The translations under genes and the position numbers were made by a program. A stretch of DNA of 25,675 nucleotides from an uncultured virus (IMG/VR IMGVR_UViG_3300037471_001331) (taxonomy: Duplodnaviria; Heunggongvirae; Uroviricota; Caudoviricetes): the IMG/VR virus record IMGVR_UViG_3300037471_001331; one strand, written 5' to 3'. This document shows, in pieces, positions 17,214 through 25,589 of the stretch; the stretch's first letter is position 1; each line of letters starts with the position of its first letter. A model generated the notes under the pieces. That model worked only from the letters and a program-made list of their open reading frames with translations. It searched no databases and had not been told where the DNA came from.

Positions 17214-18055
17214 TGCAGGGCTCCTTCGATCGCCATGATGTCGTCGATCTCGGCGTAGAGCTCTTCGAGCGTCCCGTCGTTGACGATGACATAGTCCGGG
17301 TTCAGCTTGTCGGTGCGCTCGCTGTCGTGGACTCCCCACATGAGGCCGAAGCAGTTGTAGAGTAGCTCGCCGAAGCGGCCCCACTTGAACGCCGCCGGCC
17401 GGGTGCCCGGCCGGGTCACGAGTATGGTGAAACCACCATAGGAGCCCTGGACCGCGCTCTCCTCGTTGGGGAAGCGAACGCTGTCGTTCATCGCCCTGCC
17501 GCCCTGCTGCTCGGCCTCGTAGGACCACAGGCGGGCCCACAGGTCGTCGCCGATCAGCTCGCGACCCCACTCGGTGCCGAGCGTGATCTGCGCGTGACGG
17601 CTGGTGACGCCGAGGCAGGGGATGACCTCTTCCTTGAGGGGACCCGTCAGGAAGGCATCGATCTGCGTGTCGGTCATGCCGAAGCGCAGGAGCAGCGTGC
17701 GGAGCATCGCCCGCAGCGGCTCGGCGATATGCTGGCGCCGGTAGCCGTATTTCTGCTCGATGTAGTTCGCCGCGGTCGTCTTGCCGGTCTGGGCCCAGCC
17801 GGAGAGACCGATCGCCGAAGGGGCGATGCGGTCGTTGGCCGGCTGCTTCAGCTCGAGCTCGCCGCTGAAATATTTGTCGTGGGTCTTCTCGATCGCGATC
17901 TCGAAGGGGTCGACGACATTGTTCTCGGGGGCAGCGTCGACCGAAATGGCGCCGCTGTTGTCGAGGGGCTCGGTGACCCCTCCTTTGCTGGTGGGGTTCA
18001 TCGAAGCATCCTTGATTGCTGGTCTGCAGAGGTCGGGGTGCGCGAAGCGGCTCAT
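17198..18055 (-). CDS. deoxynucleotide monophosphate kinase with N-terminal extension
   Basis: P-loop [30 protein letters not shown]-x-SE and [10 protein letters not shown] motifs. ATGA-coupled to thyA. Confidence 0.85.
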   Translation of the reverse strand: MSRFAHPDLCRPAIKDASMNPTSKGGVTEPLDNSGAISVDAAPENNVVDPFEIAIEKTHDKYFSGELELKQPANDRIAPSAIGLSGWAQTGKTTAANYIEQKYGYRRQHIAEPLRAMLRTLLLRFGMTDTQIDAFLTGPLKEEVIPCLGVTSRHAQITLGTEWGRELIGDDLWARLWSYEAEQQGGRAMNDSVRFPNEESAVQGSYGGFTILVTRPGTRPAAFKWGRFGELLYNCFGLMWGVHDSERTDKLNPDYVIVNDGTLEELYAEIDDIMAIEGALQCAVS

Positions 18056-18900
18056 ACGGCCACCTCCGCCTTGATCGCCGGGTGCGATCGGTAGTCCTCG
18101 AGCAGGATGTCGTTCGGCTGGAACCCGAAGATGTTGGTGACCTCCGGGTTGAGGCGAACGGTCGGCGACTTGTACGGCTCGCGGCGGAGCTGCTCTTCGG
18201 CCTGCTCGAGATGGTTCAGGTAGAGGTGGGTGTCTCCGCCCGTCCAAATGAACGTGCCCGGCTCGTAGCCGGTGACGTGGGCCACCATGTGCGTCAGCAG
18301 CGCGTAGCTCGCGATGTTGAACGGCACGCCGAGGAAGAAGTCGGCCGACCGCTGGTAGAGCTGGCAGCTGAGCTTGTTGCTCGGGGAGACCTTGAACTGG
18401 AACAGGCAGTGGCAGGGCGGCAGCTTCATGCTGTCGACCTCGGCCGGGTTCCAGGCGGTGACGATGTGGCGGCGACCGAAGGGGTTCTTGACCAGGCCCT
18501 CGATCAGGCAGGAGATCTGGTCGATTTCATTGATCTTCAGACCCACCCTCGTCGGGCCGACAACGGCGTAATCGGGTTGGCCGGGCCACGCCCGCCACTG
18601 CTTGCCGTAGACTGGCCCGAGATCGCCGTTCTCGTCAGCCCACTCGTCCCAGATATGAACGCCGCGCGCTTGCAGGGTGCGGACGTTGGTCTCGCCGCGT
18701 AGGAACCAAAGCAGCTCTTCGACGATCCCCTTCCAGAAGACACGCTTCGTCGTGAGCAGAGGGAAGCCCTCGCTCAGGTCGAAGCGCATCTGGGTGCCGA
18801 AAAGCGCCTTGGTTCCTACGCCCGTCCGATCCTCGCAGACCTCGCCATAGTCGAGGATCTCGCGGAGCAGACGGTTGTACGTCAGGTCGTGAAGGCTCAT
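18052..18900 (-). CDS. thyA: thymidylate synthase
   Basis: [53 protein letters not shown] and DTHLY motifs. Confidence 0.97.
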   Translation of the reverse strand: MSLHDLTYNRLLREILDYGEVCEDRTGVGTKALFGTQMRFDLSEGFPLLTTKRVFWKGIVEELLWFLRGETNVRTLQARGVHIWDEWADENGDLGPVYGKQWRAWPGQPDYAVVGPTRVGLKINEIDQISCLIEGLVKNPFGRRHIVTAWNPAEVDSMKLPPCHCLFQFKVSPSNKLSCQLYQRSADFFLGVPFNIASYALLTHMVAHVTGYEPGTFIWTGGDTHLYLNHLEQAEEQLRREPYKSPTVRLNPEVTNIFGFQPNDILLEDYRSHPAIKAEVAV

Positions 18901-19070
18901 TTGAACCTCCGGCGCGAATTCGCCACCGGGGTGAAGCCAGGTTGGCGCAGCCTGCGTTCGACCTTCTTCAGAAGCATCTTGGTGGCGTGGCCCTCCCGAG
19001 CATCCTTCTTTGTCGACGGACGCTTGCAGCGAGGCGGCGGAACCTGGTTCGTGTACGACGCGCCGCTCAA
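18897..19070 (-). CDS. small basic hypothetical protein (57 aa)
   Basis: TTG start overlaps the upstream stop (TTGA), GGAG upstream, and its stop overlaps the thyA ATG, so it fills the operon gap exactly. Confidence 0.5.
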   Translation of the reverse strand: MSGASYTNQVPPPRCKRPSTKKDAREGHATKMLLKKVERRLRQPGFTPVANSRRRFK

Positions 19071-19453
19071 AGGGCCGGCTCCGGCTTGAAGTAATCCGGC
19101 TGCGGCGGAACCTTTCGCTTCAGCGGGATCGAGCACAGGAATTTGGTCGTGCCGTCGCGATGGGTCGCCATCGTGTGCGTGCCGGCGCAATACCGGTCGC
19201 GCGCGAGGGCGACGCCCGGGTCGTCGTTGTCCCAGCGCTCGGAGCAGCGGGCCGACGCGACGAAGTAGGGGCGAAGGTCTGGACGGCCTTCACCGCCCCA
19301 GCGCTCGACGTTGGCGACGGCGGCGTCGGGGTTCTGGTCGATTACATTCCAGACGTCCTGGACGTTGAAGCCCAGGTTGTTGGCAACTTTGAAGGGTGAG
19401 CGGACACGCCTGTACTCGGCAATGACTTCCGCTTCCTGATCCGGGGTAAGCAA
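19067..19453 (-). CDS. hypothetical protein with N-terminal HTH-like segment
   Basis: AAAGGAG SD, TTG start, [23 protein letters not shown]-like stretch. Confidence 0.6.
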   Translation of the reverse strand: MLTPDQEAEVIAEYRRVRSPFKVANNLGFNVQDVWNVIDQNPDAAVANVERWGGEGRPDLRPYFVASARCSERWDNDDPGVALARDRYCAGTHTMATHRDGTTKFLCSIPLKRKVPPQPDYFKPEPAL

Positions 19454-19480
19454 AACGGGGTCTCCTTTCGAAGACCCCGT
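19452..19480 (-). promoter_or_regulatory. terminator-like hairpin sequestering the SD of the 19453 gene
   Basis: Minus strand ACGGGGTCT-TCGAAAGG-AGACCCCGT-TTTG; the AGGAG lies in the loop/3' arm. Confidence 0.55.
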
Positions 19481-19520
19481 GTGGAAGGCTTTGCTTGTGG
19501 GTTGCTACCGATCGGGAATC

Positions 19521-19535
19521 AGTGACTTAGTCACT
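19521..19535. promoter_or_regulatory. palindromic operator-like site AGTGAC-N3-GTCACT
   Basis: AGTGACTTAGTCACT; near-identical copy at 25455. Confidence 0.5.
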
Positions 19536-19543
19536 TCATAAGA

Positions 19544-19603
19544 TGTTGGAGCCCGGGGGCGGTGACACCTCTGCTTGGTGGATGGAAACCCCGGGCTCCA
19601 ACA
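19544..19603. repeat. 15-bp perfect inverted repeat with 30-nt loop
   Basis: TGTTGGAGCCCGGGG (19544-19558) / CCCCGGGCTCCAACA (19589-19603). Confidence 0.8.
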
Positions 19604-19625
19604 GGCCGCTTACCGAGCAGCCAGC

Positions 19626-21530
19626 TCAAAGAGCAACCTGATGATCGACGCCCTCGAGGCGCTTGTGGCTGATAATTACGACCTGCCTCAATTGTTCCCT
19701 GCAGGCCATGAGAGCATCGGCGATCGCCTGGGCGTTCGCCTCGTCGGCGTCGCTGTCGAGCTCGTCGCCGATGAACACCGGGAACACGCGGGCGACCAGC
19801 ACCTGGCCGAGGGCGAGGCGCAGGGCGAGGTTGATCATCGTCGCGTGCGCGCCGTTGAACGTCGAGACGTCCTGCCCGTCGGCGGTGATGTTCATGTCCT
19901 CGTCGACGATGATCGTCTCGAGCGGGCGCTCGGCGTTGGTGGTCATCTCACCGATTATCTTGGACGCAACCCGAGAGAGCGACGGAGCGAGGAACGCTTT
20001 AAGCGTGCGACGAGCCTCCACCAATCCCTTGGCGCCTGCCGTGAACGCATCGGCCCGCTCCTGCTTCTCCGCGATCTCGGCGGAGAGTTCGTCGAAGCGC
20101 TGCTTGTCGGCTTCGTATCGGGCGAGCTCTCGCTCGTAGACGACGGCCGCGGTGTAAGCAGCGTTGAGATCTTCCGGAGAATGCTTCGGCGCAGGTAGAT
20201 GGTCGAGCTCATATTGGGCGTTGCCGGCTTCTGCCGCACAGGCCGCGTAGTGGTCAAGCTGACGGCTGTAGACTTCCCACGCCGTGTGCAGCTGACGCGC
20301 CTCGGCCAGCTCGTCAGACTTGTCCTCGAGCTCCGGAAGGCCCTCGAGTTCTTGCCGCATCAGTTGCTTCTCATCAGCGCGGTCAAGCGCCTTGACGGCT
20401 TGAGCGAGCTCGACCGGCGGAATGCGAGTGCCCTTCGGTTTGACCAGCTCGTCGGCCCAGGCGCGGACCCGTTGCAGCTCGTCCTGCAAGCGCCGCTCGT
20501 CGAGGCGAGGCGGCGTCGAGGAATGACCAGGCTGGAACTCGTGCTGACAGTTGGGGCAGTGGACCTCGATGTCACCGATCTCCTCGAGGGCGTGGTGCTT
20601 CGCCCACATGCCCAGCGTGGTGACAATCACTTCTTCAGAAAGACCGAGGCTCGGCTGCGGGCCACGACGCTCTACCTCGGCGTCATAATCGGCAAGAGCC
20701 TGGGCCTGCTCGAGCTGCTTGCGCGTGTAGAGCGGGTCGGGGATCGACGCGATATTCCGCTCGAGCGCTGCGCGGGTTGCGGAAATCCGCACCCGTTCGA
20801 CCTCGTGAGCCGCAAGCGCTTCGATGTCGGGGCAGGGCTTCGGTGGCTTCACCGGCTCCGGCGGCACCGCACCGATAATGCGCTGCAGCTCGGCGCGCGT
20901 CGCCACCGCGTTGTTCGCTTCGTCAAGCTCTGCCTTTATGTCGGCTGACGGCCGGTAAAGGTCGGGCTTGACGGGCTCCGTCGGTGGCACGAGCGCACGG
21001 CTCAGCGTCTCGGCCTCGAGACGGGCGTTCTTCGCCTCCTCGCGGCACGCCTTCTCGACGGCCTCCTGGCGGGTCAGGCCCACGACGTCGTCGATGAGCT
21101 CCTTGCGCTTGGCCGGCGTCAGGCGGGTGAGCCGCTCGCTCTCTTTCTGGTTCGCCGCGCAGACGACGTCGAACACCTCGAGCTCGAAGCCCAGCAGCTC
21201 GACGATCTTCTTGTTCACGGCGTCGGCGCCGACGGCGAGGACCTCGTCGCCGTCCCAGCAGACGAGCTCTTCTTTCTTGCCGCGCTTCACGGTGTAGCTG
21301 ACGTCACCGATCGCGAAGCCCAAGGCCATGTCCAGGCTCTTGTAGTCCGACGCCGGCCCACGCCGCGCCTTGGCCCCGAACAGGCCGTAGCGGATCATCT
21401 CGGCAACGAAGCTCTTCCCCGTGCCGTTGCGGCCGGAGATCGCGGTTGCACCCGGTTGAAAGCTTAGCTGGCCGCTCAGCGCGACCCCATTGGTAGGGAA
21501 CGTGACGGCGTAACGAAGGTCGTTGATCAT
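19626..21530 (-). CDS. SbcC/Rad50-like SMC-family ATPase (phage recombination exonuclease subunit)
   Basis: Walker A GRNGTGKS, coiled coil with CPNC hook, signature FNGA, Walker B FIGDE, IISH switch. AGGAG SD before ATG 21530. Confidence 0.88.
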   Translation of the reverse strand: MINDLRYAVTFPTNGVALSGQLSFQPGATAISGRNGTGKSFVAEMIRYGLFGAKARRGPASDYKSLDMALGFAIGDVSYTVKRGKKEELVCWDGDEVLAVGADAVNKKIVELLGFELEVFDVVCAANQKESERLTRLTPAKRKELIDDVVGLTRQEAVEKACREEAKNARLEAETLSRALVPPTEPVKPDLYRPSADIKAELDEANNAVATRAELQRIIGAVPPEPVKPPKPCPDIEALAAHEVERVRISATRAALERNIASIPDPLYTRKQLEQAQALADYDAEVERRGPQPSLGLSEEVIVTTLGMWAKHHALEEIGDIEVHCPNCQHEFQPGHSSTPPRLDERRLQDELQRVRAWADELVKPKGTRIPPVELAQAVKALDRADEKQLMRQELEGLPELEDKSDELAEARQLHTAWEVYSRQLDHYAACAAEAGNAQYELDHLPAPKHSPEDLNAAYTAAVVYERELARYEADKQRFDELSAEIAEKQERADAFTAGAKGLVEARRTLKAFLAPSLSRVASKIIGEMTTNAERPLETIIVDEDMNITADGQDVSTFNGAHATMINLALRLALGQVLVARVFPVFIGDELDSDADEANAQAIADALMACREQLRQVVIISHKRLEGVDHQVAL

Positions 21531-21594
21531 ACGGTCTCCTGATTGCGCCTGAGCCATCACCGCAACCTCAATGCGGCAACTGACCAGGTGACTT

Positions 21595-22101
21595 GTGAAG
21601 CGAGGCGAACTTTCAGCAGAGCAGAAGAAGGGGCTGAAGGGACCGGCCCTCGCACTTGCTGCTGCCTGCGCGATCGCCGGAACTTGGGAAGGTCTCACGC
21701 ACGATCCCGTCATCCCCGTGAAGGGCGACAAGCCGACGGTTTGCCGCGGCGAGACCGAGGTGAAGATGCGGCATTACACCACCGCCGAGTGCGACAAGAT
21801 GTTCGAGATCCGGATGACGTACTTCCGGGACGGCGTTCGGCGGAGGAATCCGCGCATCGTGAACTACCCGCTGACGTGGGGCGCTCACGCGAGCTTCGCA
21901 TATAATACCGGTCTCGGCGCTTACAACGGTTCGAGCGTCGCTCGGCTGTTCCAGCAGGGCGCCTACGTCCAGTCGTGCCGGGCGATGCTCAAGTACAAAT
22001 TCTCCGGAGGCCATGTCTACCAGGGCCTCCTCAACCGACGCCAAGGCGACAAGGCCCGGCTCGGTGAAGTCGAACTCTGCCTGGAAGGATTGAAGAAGTG
22101 A
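21595..22101 (+). CDS. endolysin, GH24 lysozyme, probable SAR type
   Basis: Basic N-terminus, Ala/Gly-rich weakly hydrophobic segment, then WEG...PTVCRGET, SFAYNTG and GLLNRR. Confidence 0.88.
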   Translation: MKRGELSAEQKKGLKGPALALAAACAIAGTWEGLTHDPVIPVKGDKPTVCRGETEVKMRHYTTAECDKMFEIRMTYFRDGVRRRNPRIVNYPLTWGAHASFAYNTGLGAYNGSSVARLFQQGAYVQSCRAMLKYKFSGGHVYQGLLNRRQGDKARLGEVELCLEGLKK

Positions 22102-22304
22102 AGCTGCTCGATCGGCTGAAGGCCGACCACGTCTACATCATGAAGACGCTGGCCTACATCAAGGCCCGCCTCGGCGAGAAGTCGACGCTGGGCGGCATTT
22201 GCACGGCGATCGCCGGCGGCGCCGTCGTGCCCGCGCCTTACTCCTACCTCATCATCGCGCTCGGCGTCATCGCCGTCTTCTATCCGGAGACTCCCAAGAA
22301 ATGA
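22098..22304 (+). CDS. holin/pinholin candidate
   Basis: 68 aa with two short hydrophobic segments and a basic C-terminus, between endolysin and spanins. Confidence 0.65.
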   Translation: MKLLDRLKADHVYIMKTLAYIKARLGEKSTLGGICTAIAGGAVVPAPYSYLIIALGVIAVFYPETPKK

Positions 22305-22762
22305 TCGAAGAGACCGCACTCGAGGTGGGGCTGAAGCTGCTCAAGAAGTTCTGGCCCTACCTGGTCATCTCGGCCCTTTGCGTCGCGCTCGCGATCACCC
22401 GCGGCCACCTGCTCGACCTTCGCAAGGCCGACGGCGAGTTCCGGCACCAGATCGCCGTCGAGCTCCACCAGAAGAAGGAGGACCGTCCGACGTTGCTGAC
22501 GGCGCTCCACACGACCGTCGAGACGAACAACAACCGGGGCAACGCCCTGGCTCAGATCAGCCGCGAGGCATTGGAAGCCGGCCAGCGATCGAAGGCCAAC
22601 GACGCAGCACTCGAGCGCCAGTTGAACGACCTTCGCGCCAAGTACGCCCTGGCCCAGCACCAGATCACCGCGCTGGAGGCCCGCAAGTCGACCGGCAACC
22701 TCGAGGCTGACTGGCAGCTGCTGGTCGAGGACACCAAAGCCGCATGGAAGGACTGGAAGTGA
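22301..22762 (+). CDS. inner-membrane spanin (Rz-like)
   Basis: N-terminal TM (FWPYLVISALCVALAI) followed by a coiled coil. ATGA overlap. Confidence 0.75.
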   Translation: MIEETALEVGLKLLKKFWPYLVISALCVALAITRGHLLDLRKADGEFRHQIAVELHQKKEDRPTLLTALHTTVETNNNRGNALAQISREALEAGQRSKANDAALERQLNDLRAKYALAQHQITALEARKSTGNLEADWQLLVEDTKAAWKDWK

Positions 22763-23064
22763 AGCGTACCCTCGCACTCATGGCGCTGTGCGCCGTCATG
22801 GCCTTGCTGACCGCGTGTGGGCGCGAGCCGCTGGTGGTCGAGAAGCCGGTCATCCAATACGTCGAGAAGCGGGTCGAGTGCCCGTCGGCCGAGGAGCGCG
22901 AGAAGCTTCGCCAGGCCCGGCCGAAGCCGCTGCGCGACACGCCCATGCCCGACAGCGTCGTCGAGCGTAACGGCAAGACCGAGGCCCAGCTCGGCAAGTA
23001 CGAAGCCACTGGCGGCTATGCCGACCAGGTTGACGCTGCTCTCGACAGGTGCCAGCAGAAATGA
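22759..23064 (+). CDS. outer-membrane lipoprotein spanin (Rz1-like)
   Basis: GTG start, lipobox LLTA-C, Pro-containing mature part with further Cys residues. Confidence 0.8.
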   Translation: MKRTLALMALCAVMALLTACGREPLVVEKPVIQYVEKRVECPSAEEREKLRQARPKPLRDTPMPDSVVERNGKTEAQLGKYEATGGYADQVDAALDRCQQK

Positions 23065-23720
23065 GCACGGCGAACGAAGCCATGGCTCGCGCCGACGCGG
23101 CCCACATCAAGATCGAGAAGCACGAGGATCTGTGCGCCGAGCGTTACGCGCACATCCACACGTCGATCAGCGCAGTGGACAAGAGCGTAGGCGAGCTCAA
23201 GAAGATCGTGGCCTGGGGCGGGTCGACCGTGTTCGGTCTGCTCATCCTGGTGCTGGGTTTTCTCGGCGCCCGCGCGATCAACGGCAACGACCAGCGGGTC
23301 GACCAGCTGCAGAACCAGCTCGACCATGTCCAGCACACGCCGGCGGCGTCTCCGACGCGAGGCTCCGACGAGCTTTCGAGCCTCGCGGCCGTCAACATGC
23401 TCGTCAACGCGATGATCACCTACGAGGACGACGAGGACCACTACGGCTCCGAGGACCTCTGGGTTCAGTATCCCAAGGACAACAAGGGCGACTGCGAGGA
23501 CTACGCCATCACCAAGCTCGGCTATCTCGAGGGCCTGGGCTGGGACGTGATCAACGACACGAAGGTCGTCTTTGTGACGGTGGGCGGTTACGGCCACGCC
23601 ATGCTCGCGGTCAGGCTTTCGAACGGGCGAGTAGTCTATCTGGACAACGGCCACGCCGAGCCGATGACGCGCCGCCAGCTGGTCGAGGCGGGATACCGCT
23701 TCAGCGATTGGAAGGCCTGA
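23061..23720 (+). CDS. membrane-anchored transglutaminase-like cysteine protease (BTLCP/peptidase C93, LapG-like)
   Basis: GDCEDYAITK, GHAMLAV and YLDN triad motifs, acidic YEDDEDHYGSEDLW segment, N-terminal HEDLCAERY coil plus one TM. Confidence 0.85.
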   Translation: MSTANEAMARADAAHIKIEKHEDLCAERYAHIHTSISAVDKSVGELKKIVAWGGSTVFGLLILVLGFLGARAINGNDQRVDQLQNQLDHVQHTPAASPTRGSDELSSLAAVNMLVNAMITYEDDEDHYGSEDLWVQYPKDNKGDCEDYAITKLGYLEGLGWDVINDTKVVFVTVGGYGHAMLAVRLSNGRVVYLDNGHAEPMTRRQLVEAGYRFSDWKA

Positions 23721-23723
23721 AAA

Positions 23724-23911
23724 GGTTCGCCAATTTTTTCGGGCTCTATGGGGCCGAAATGGGGTTTGGAGGGCAGGTTCGCCATCCTAAGTGCTTGACC
23801 CCGCTAGTTTATTCAAGTCCCTCCTCCGCTACCACCTCTGAAAATTATCGTGTCTTTCCAGTTGGTTCGGAGATGCGATTTGGCGAACCAATCCCCCGGT
23901 TCGCCAATTTT
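23724..23911. repeat. integrase arm-type sites of attP (GGTTCGCCA repeats)
   Basis: GGTTCGCCAATTTT at 23724 and 23898, GGTTCGCCAT at 23776, inverted TTGGCGAACC at 23880-23889, flanking the tRNA-like core. Confidence 0.75.
23812..23834 (+). mobile_element. attP core: 3' end of a tRNA gene (probably elongator tRNA-Met)
   Basis: TTCAAGTCCCTCCTCCGCTACCA = T-loop, T-stem 3' arm, acceptor 3' arm and CCA, with no 5' half. Directly downstream of the integrase. Confidence 0.8.
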
Positions 23912-23912
23912 G

Positions 23913-24965
23913 CTACTTCGCCTGGAACGAAAGAAGGTCCATTGCGGCCTCGGCTAGCCGCTCTTGGTCCGCCGCGGCAGTGTACGTCGCGACCTGCTTG
24001 TCGTTCGACCAACCGCCCATTGCCTTGAGCTGCTGGTTCGTCGCGCCGTGGTTAGCCAGGCGAGTGGCCGCGGCCTTTCGAAGGCCGTGAGCTGTGCAGT
24101 GCGGGAGGCCCGCGGCGTCGCACCACTTCCGGAACTTGTTGCCGAAGCCATGCCGGCTGAACGGCTTGCCGTACTCGGTGAGCAGGAACGCATCGACGCC
24201 CGTCATCTTGAGTGCGCGGATCGCATCGAGCATCGGCTCGGCGGCGGGGATCAGCAGCATCTTGCCGGTCTTCTTCTGCGTGTAGCGGACCTTGTCGCCC
24301 TCGAGGTGCTGCGGCCCGAACAAATAACCGTCGCCTGGCCGCTGGAAGGTCCAGAGCATGATCTCCATCGCGGCACGCGCCGTAGTGCCGACCGCGTGGG
24401 TCGCGCGGAACTGCTCGACCTCGGCCTCAGTCCAGGTGTGGTAGCCCTTCGTCTTGGCCTTGACCCGCTCGGCGAGCTCGGCCGGGTTGGTCTGGACCCA
24501 GCCCAGCTTCATGGCGAGCGTGAAAAGTTTCACCAGCTGGCCGCGGAGCCGCTTGGCGGCATGAGGCCCGCCCGCCTTGCGGCCGTCGACGACCTTCGGC
24601 AGCGCGCGCTCCATCAGGATCGCCTCGATGTGCTGGAAATTGAAGAGCGACACTGGAATGTCGCGATGCTCCTCACGGAACGGCTCGATCACCGACCGCA
24701 GGTTGGCGCGGCGGACCTCGCTCACCTGGAGCCAGGCGGGGGTCTGGTAATAGCGGCGCACGAGATCTTCGACGCTGCGCGGGACGATCCGCTGCGGGTC
24801 GTTGCTGACGCCGGCCAGGGCGGCGGCGTAGGAATCCTTGTAATCCGGGTGGCTGGGGTGGGGGAGGGCGACGGTGCGGCCCTTGCGGCGGAAGCGGTAA
24901 CGCTCTTTCCCGTGGCGATCGACGTAGCGACTGACGTGCTTATCGAGCCTAACTTTTCGTGCCAT
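23913..24965 (-). CDS. int: tyrosine recombinase / phage integrase
   Basis: Arm-binding N-terminus (YVDRHGKERYRFRR); catalytic R (QRPGD), HGLRK, GW and Y (TYT). Confidence 0.95.
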   Translation of the reverse strand: MARKVRLDKHVSRYVDRHGKERYRFRRKGRTVALPHPSHPDYKDSYAAALAGVSNDPQRIVPRSVEDLVRRYYQTPAWLQVSEVRRANLRSVIEPFREEHRDIPVSLFNFQHIEAILMERALPKVVDGRKAGGPHAAKRLRGQLVKLFTLAMKLGWVQTNPAELAERVKAKTKGYHTWTEAEVEQFRATHAVGTTARAAMEIMLWTFQRPGDGYLFGPQHLEGDKVRYTQKKTGKMLLIPAAEPMLDAIRALKMTGVDAFLLTEYGKPFSRHGFGNKFRKWCDAAGLPHCTAHGLRKAAATRLANHGATNQQLKAMGGWSNDKQVATYTAAADQERLAEAAMDLLSFQAK

Positions 24966-25143
24966 ATTTGAGATCCAACGGATTGATTTTCCCGGATGGA
25001 GGCAGAGACTCGGCTTCCCCGAAAATAATGTCAATGGAGCCGTCGGGCGTGATCCGCGCCCGCGCGACGGGCATGCCAGCCTTCACCGCGCCCTTGAGAG
25101 CGCGAGTCAGGTCGGACACCTTGAAGGACGCGGGCGCGGTCAC
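24949..25143 (-). CDS. small integrase-coupled protein (possible excisionase/RDF)
   Basis: 64 aa overlapping the integrase start (FKVSDLTRALK...ITPDGSIDII). RDF role inferred from position only. Confidence 0.55.
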   Translation of the reverse strand: MTAPASFKVSDLTRALKGAVKAGMPVARARITPDGSIDIIFGEAESLPPSGKINPLDLKYGTKS

Positions 25144-25146
25144 GGG

Positions 25147-25386
25147 TTAAACGCCGACCGCGGCGCGGTAGGTCTCGAGGATCGCGTCCTGCTCCTGGCG
25201 CGAATGGGTTTCCATCGCGCGAAGCTTGATCACGAGCTTCATGATTTTGGGGTCGAAGCCGTTGGCCTTCGCCTCGGCGTAGACGTCCTTGATGTCGTCG
25301 GCGATGCCCTTCTTCTCATCCTCGAGGCGTTCGATGCGCTCGATGAAGAGGCGAAGCTGGTCGGCGGCGACGGTTCCGTCTGACAT
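25147..25386 (-). CDS. gapR: GapR-like (DUF2312/UPF0335) DNA-binding protein
   Basis: [36 protein letters not shown] signature. AGGAG SD before ATG 25386. Confidence 0.92.
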   Translation of the reverse strand: MSDGTVAADQLRLFIERIERLEDEKKGIADDIKDVYAEAKANGFDPKIMKLVIKLRAMETHSRQEQDAILETYRAAVGV

Positions 25387-25454
25387 TGGGTACTCCTGCT
25401 GTGGAGCGTCCCGTTTGAAGAAGGAAGTCGCATAGCGGAATCTCGAAGGGGGCA

Positions 25455-25469
25455 AGTGACTTGGTCACT
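25455..25469. promoter_or_regulatory. palindromic operator-like site AGTGAC-N3-GTCACT
   Basis: AGTGACTTGGTCACT, 14/15 identical to the 19521 site. Confidence 0.5.
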
Positions 25470-25589
25470 CACCCCCTCCGGCGCGTTCCCACGATTTGCT
25501 CGGCATGCTGGCCCGCCCGTCCCGGTGAGCATCGTGGGCTTTGTGTCCCAGCACAGCGCTGGCGCTGGGTCGAGTGCCCGGGGGCGGTA

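Noticed and set aside
18052..18900. ThyA as a base-modifying hydroxymethylase
   Set aside because: It retains the dUMP-specifying Asn in GVPFNIASY and all canonical ThyA motifs; no modification genes nearby.
21531..21731. N-terminal extension of SbcC in the ORF track
   Set aside because: It overlaps the endolysin antisense; the AGGAG SD supports ATG 21530.
23780..23834. Complete tRNA gene
   Set aside because: Only the T-loop to CCA is present; the upstream sequence cannot form acceptor, D or anticodon arms.
23724..23911. CRISPR-like array from the GGTTCGCCA repeats
   Set aside because: Repeats are 9-14 nt, irregularly spaced and one is inverted; integrase arm sites explain them better.
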